This document shows, piece by piece, positions 16,647 to 20,000 of a stretch of 20,000 nucleotides of DNA. This DNA comes from an uncultured virus (IMG/VR IMGVR_UViG_3300010003_000012) (Duplodnaviria > Heunggongvirae > Uroviricota > Caudoviricetes), in IMG/VR virus record IMGVR_UViG_3300010003_000012, one strand, 5' to 3'. Below the pieces are notes generated by a model, which was not told the origin of the DNA, made no database searches, and worked only from the letters and a program-made list of their open reading frames with translations. A program made the translations under genes and the position numbers. Positions within the stretch are counted from its first letter, which is position 1. Each line of letters opens with the position of its first letter.

Positions 16647-17066
16647 TTATTTTCCCTCCGATGTATATACACAGACCTGACATGCTCCGTGGTCTGTGAA
16701 GAATTTTTCTTGGCTCTTCGCATCTTGCTCACAAGTGCATGTTAGCGTCGTCGTCATCTCTTCCCAAATCGGGTTGCCGTCCTCGTCCATATCGCAATAT
16801 GACCATCCGATTCCACCTAAACGGTCATCAAGTTCACTCAAATCTGTGACAGCTAAAATTTCTTCTACGAGTTTCTTATGCTCCTCTTCAGTCAAGTCCG
16901 AAGTGCCTCCGTAAAAGTCCTCGTTCCAGAAGTCTACAAGAAATTGTTTCATCTCTTCGAAAGTTTCTATTTCGTAGTCAACATCTATTACTTTCATGCC
17001 TTCTTCAAGCTCGTTGATATCGAACCGGAAGTATTTTTTTTCCTGTGCTTGAGTTGTGTTTGTCAT
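16647..17066 (-). CDS. Acidic protein with C-terminal Cys cluster (CxC...CxxC)
   Basis: 139-aa ORF with repeated leader; acidic domain paralogous to 12760-13209. Confidence 0.8.
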   Translation of the reverse strand: MTNTTQAQEKKYFRFDINELEEGMKVIDVDYEIETFEEMKQFLVDFWNEDFYGGTSDLTEEEHKKLVEEILAVTDLSELDDRLGGIGWSYCDMDEDGNPIWEEMTTTLTCTCEQDAKSQEKFFTDHGACQVCVYTSEGK

Positions 17067-17167
17067 TTTAAATTTCCCCTATCATGGTTTAGTTTTGGAT
17101 TGCAACAATCCATTGGCTACTGATAGCGTATCAGTAGCCTAGCATAGTTGCAATACTTTTGTTTAAG
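17067..17167 (-). repeat. Full gene-leader element: junction motif, hairpin (17099-17154) and RBS module
   Basis: ATTGCAAC-T-AT-GCTA-GGCTACTGATA-CGC-TATCAGTAGCC-AATGG-AT-T-GTTGCAAT, then CCAAAACTAAACCATGATAGGGGAAATTTAAA-ATG. Confidence 0.8.
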
Positions 17168-17606
17168 CAGAGTAAGTTACGACTGGTCGGTTCTTAGACT
17201 TATCCCAAGACAGACTGACCGAATTTGCCTGATCAATGTAATTCACTTCTCCATTCTTGAAGTAGGACTCAGCATCAACAAAGTTGCTTACGCACTGTGG
17301 CTTGTAGTACACGGGTTTCCCGTCGTGTATTGCCTCTAAGTCGTCGATGTATCCGACCATGAAAGCGTGTCTATCCTTTGCACCTGTTGGCGATTCTATT
17401 ACTTTGCGCTGTTTAGATTTATCTATGTGCGTCGTTACGTCTCGCAGTGTTATCTCGTCACAGTATCCAAGTACGAGTGCCGTGGTCTTACGTGACTTCA
17501 TGCCTACTATCGACCAACATTTTTTGTGTGCGTTCCAGTGTACTCCGACCAGTGTTTCTCCGTCTATTTTGCGTCCTTCTCGTGCAGTAAACTTCTCAAT
17601 TTTCAT
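17163..17606 (-). CDS. Conserved phage hypothetical protein; first gene of the leftward array
   Basis: VHWNAHKKCWSI...HAFMVG...VYYKP...FVD resembles a common phage family (VYxNLHxxxWSV...HAFVxG...YNP). Confidence 0.75.
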   Translation of the reverse strand: MKIEKFTAREGRKIDGETLVGVHWNAHKKCWSIVGMKSRKTTALVLGYCDEITLRDVTTHIDKSKQRKVIESPTGAKDRHAFMVGYIDDLEAIHDGKPVYYKPQCVSNFVDAESYFKNGEVNYIDQANSVSLSWDKSKNRPVVTYSA

Positions 17607-17708
17607 GTTAATTTTCCCCTTTTATGGCTTATTTGTGAGTTGCAATTGTCCATTGGACACTGATAAATCTATCAGTGACCTAGCACATTTGCAATAGTTT
17701 TGCTTTAG
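17607..17708 (-). repeat. Full gene-leader element: junction motif, hairpin (17640-17694) and RBS module
   Basis: TTGCAA-A-TGT-GCTA-GGTCACTGATA-GATT-TATCAGTGTCC-AATGG-ACA-A-TTGCAA, then CTCACAAATAAGCCATAAAAGGGGAAAATTAAC-ATG. Confidence 0.8.
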
Positions 17709-18303
17709 TTGGCTAAGCATTTTCGCTACTAACAAGGCTAAAAAGTTTGTGTTTGAAGCGGTTTTGCGAAGGTGTAAAGCGTGTGTTCAGGTGTTTCGGA
17801 AGGTGTAAAGCGTGTAAAATCTGTGTTGCTAAAGTGCAAACTTATAGCCTTGTTAGTAGCTGTTTTTACTCCTGTAGGGTATCTCCCTAGAGGGCAAACC
17901 TATTACGGTTTGTGGAACTCTTATCCTTATCTCCTCGCACACTTACTCCTCAAATCTCTCAGCTTGAGACGGGTAATTATATAGTCCACGGACTATATAA
18001 CACTCCTCACGAGCCAATCAACCGACTGTCCGGTGTGGTCATCAGTTTGCGGAACTAGGTCTTACTGTCACCCTTTTCCTGACTTTTTATCGCTATAGGA
18101 GGGAATCTACCCACCTCGCACTATAAGGCTTTTCCGAGCCAGTGCCGAATTATTCGATTGTCAAAGTACGTCTGAGTGCAGAAAGGTGTCTTGATTTTGC
18201 GTATATGCGCTCCTCCGTTTCATATGGTGGTCGACTCGCTCACACGCTCCGTGGAGGTGTGTGTCTGTCGTGTGTTGTGTTGTGTGCCGTTCTTGCTTGG
18301 CAC
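17709..18303 (-). ncRNA. Putative long structured 5' leader / ncRNA
   Basis: No minus-strand ORF of 60 aa or more. Many hairpins (17725-17860, 17977-18000, 18241-18263) and a boxA-like sequence at 18151-18169, downstream of a candidate promoter. Confidence 0.45.
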
Positions 18304-18307
18304 ACCA

Positions 18308-18338
18308 ATAATATCTCACAGGCATTTTCACCTGTCAA
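18308..18338 (-). promoter_or_regulatory. Candidate sigmaA promoter heading the leftward array
   Basis: TTGACA (18338-18333), 17 nt, GATATT preceded by TG-N, with an AT-rich upstream tract. The -10 is imperfect. Confidence 0.45.
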
Positions 18339-18441
18339 ACACTAATTTAAAATTTCCTGATTCGGGAGACCGTCCGGAATTGCCTTATTTAATTTTCAAA
18401 TGAGGCTAAAGGACTCGATTTTGGACATGAAAAAGTGCCTC

Positions 18442-19827
18442 AAACCGTTGGTACGCAAGGGTTCAAGGCACATTGGATTTTGTACGTCGTCCGGAAAGGT
18501 CGATTTTTGATCGATGGAAGTGGCTTCAGCCTTAGAGCGCCAACGGTTTAGAGCTAATTTCAATCATTGACCTAATTTAAAAAAATCAATTTTTATCCGA
18601 TTTTCCTTCGAAGTGCTATAAACCCTTATGTACCAACGGTTTATAGCCGATTTTAAGCATTGACCTAATTTATTAAAAACTTTTTTTATGAACGACTATT
18701 CATTTTTTGAAAACAGTCTAATTCACAAACTTTGTAAGCGTTCTCATAAATATTTTTTTGAGGCACACCAACGGTTTGTGAGTGTCAACACCTAAAATTT
18801 GAGCAAAGTTTGTGAAAAACCCGAGTTCATTTGAGCCTAAAACACCGATTCACAAACGACTCAAAGCGGTATGAACCCTACTGCCAGAACGGGTTAAGCG
18901 CTTACAACAAATCCGATTTTGTGAAATTGAGAGACCGCACCAAAAGCCGATGATGCCTTGAGAGGCTCTGAGCCTTAGAGCGCCAATGGTGTAAGCGTTT
19001 ACAAGACGTACCCTTTCGGTACTATCCGATATACCCTGCTGTATTACTGTCTGTATTATAAACACTATAAACGTTGATATAGAGCCATTTGTGGATGCTT
19101 AACAGGGTATAGGTGAAACAGGGTTGAGGTGGATCGATATATGCCCTCAAGTACTGGTGTTAAGCCATTTGTTGGCACATTGTATACCCTGTATACTATT
19201 TGCTCTGTATTACCTGCACTATGAAACAGTATGTGGGACGCTATATGTCCCACCTTATAGCTTATGGTATATACTGGTAACTCATAGCTTATATATAAGT
19301 TAGTGCCATATGTTGGTATATTGACAGTATATGTAAGAGATATGGATATGATTGTCAGTATATGCAATAAGTATGCAGTATGAGTGTATAAGGCTATGCT
19401 CCTATGGTGGTGTATGGCATAGCTATGGAGTGTGCTTAAGTGTTGGTACTGAAGGCTTTGGGATACCTTCGAGGGTACGGAATCCGGATATACAAATGAC
19501 TGCATATTGATTCAAAAAGACATATTGCTTGACAAGATTTTAAAAGTATGTTATTTACGTGTGCATCCATGCTAGATTGCCAGTAAATCCCAATTTCGTG
19601 AGAGTGCATAAAATCCTGCATACTGTCGATGATGAATACAGGTGCTATGATACAGTGTAAAGTGTTGGTATCACTGTGTTTAGGCTGTGTTACAGGTGGT
19701 GATATGTGGTGTTGTGGTGAGTGAATACGGATTGCATAGAGTGCATAAACAGGTCGGATTTGGTGAGTAGTACCTGCACATTCACATCACGGTGTACAGT
19801 GCCGAAAAGCATTGGCGCTGTAGGGTT
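18442..19827. repeat. Dispersed ~22-bp quasi-palindromic motif ARCCYT-N3-GYRCCAAYGGTTT, about 8 copies in both orientations
   Basis: Copies at 18442-18463(-), 18528-18549, 18621-18642, 18756-18777 (right half), 18874-18895 (diverged), 18971-18992, ~19438-19459(-) and 19807-19827(-). Confidence 0.7.
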
Positions 19828-20000
19828 CATGCCTCATATTCGATCCAAAATATGACACGATTTTGAGGCACAAAAACGTTATGCATTTTTGCACAAAAGG
19901 TGAATGAAAATCTGATGGTGTGCTGTCAAGTGATTGTACTTGACACACAGACAGAGCTTCCAGTATTTGACAGTCCTACTAATGTGTATTAGTGAGACAC

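Noticed and set aside
980..17697. All plus-strand ORFs in the track (e.g. 7435-7854, 9914-10321, 10783-11166, 12546-12914, 17347-17697)
   Set aside because: Nearly all are antisense shadows of well-supported minus-strand genes, with S/F/L-rich composition and no convincing RBS; 9362-9559 is intergenic but also lacks support.
10420..17708. CRISPR array or classical integron attC interpretation of the repeats
   Set aside because: The repeats are separated by whole genes, not 30-40 bp spacers; there are no cas genes; the hairpins lack the RYYYAAC/GTTRRRY ends of attC sites.
18090..18145. Possible tRNA in the structured leader
   Set aside because: Hairpins are present, but I could not build a cloverleaf with a canonical T-loop and acceptor stem.
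18158..18165. TTGACA as the -35 of another minus-strand promoter
   Set aside because: There is no -10 at 16-18 nt spacing (TGGCTC); a boxA-like reading fits better.
18720..18925. Rex operator or DnaA boxes
   Set aside because: Only TTGTGAA half-sites occur, never in the TTGTGAA-N4-TTCACAA arrangement, and I saw no TTATCCACA boxes.
17781..19621. ORFs 17781-17984, 18142-18345, 18176-18403, 18850-19065, 19065-19505 and 19436-19621
   Set aside because: No RBS like those of the real genes, atypical composition, and they overlap hairpins, repeats and low-complexity DNA.
19529..19995. Rightward promoters at TTGACA 19529, 19940 and 19967, and the inverted repeat TGTCAAGT/ACTTGACA at 19924-19945
   Set aside because: The -10 matches are weak and no downstream gene is visible in the window to support them.

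Overview
The window looks like the early/accessory (host-takeover type) region of a large Firmicutes temperate phage or prophage, probably Bacillus-like. About 30 short genes, nearly all with strong Shine-Dalgarno sites, lie on the minus strand and are transcribed away from a ~2.4 kb non-coding region at the right end. They run toward a tyrosine-recombinase-like gene cut off at the left edge. Recognisable products are a Fic-domain protein, an XRE HTH regulator, two ADP-ribosyltransferase-like proteins, a GP88-like Cys-rich protein, a Zn-finger/OB-fold protein and a two-repeat lipoprotein. The non-coding architecture is the most striking part: (i) four sigmaA-type promoters share a 19-bp palindromic operator, and three of them are built into hairpins; (ii) a repeated modular gene leader precedes most genes from 10.4 to 17.7 kb, and three copies carry a covarying stem/internal-loop RNA motif (RNase III site-like); (iii) a ~700-nt structured leader contains a boxA-like sequence; (iv) a repeat-rich, strand-skewed region holds a dispersed 22-bp motif and cre-like boxes. 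Two independent sets of paralogues show domain mix-and-match. All functional calls come from motif recognition by eye; no database search was run.
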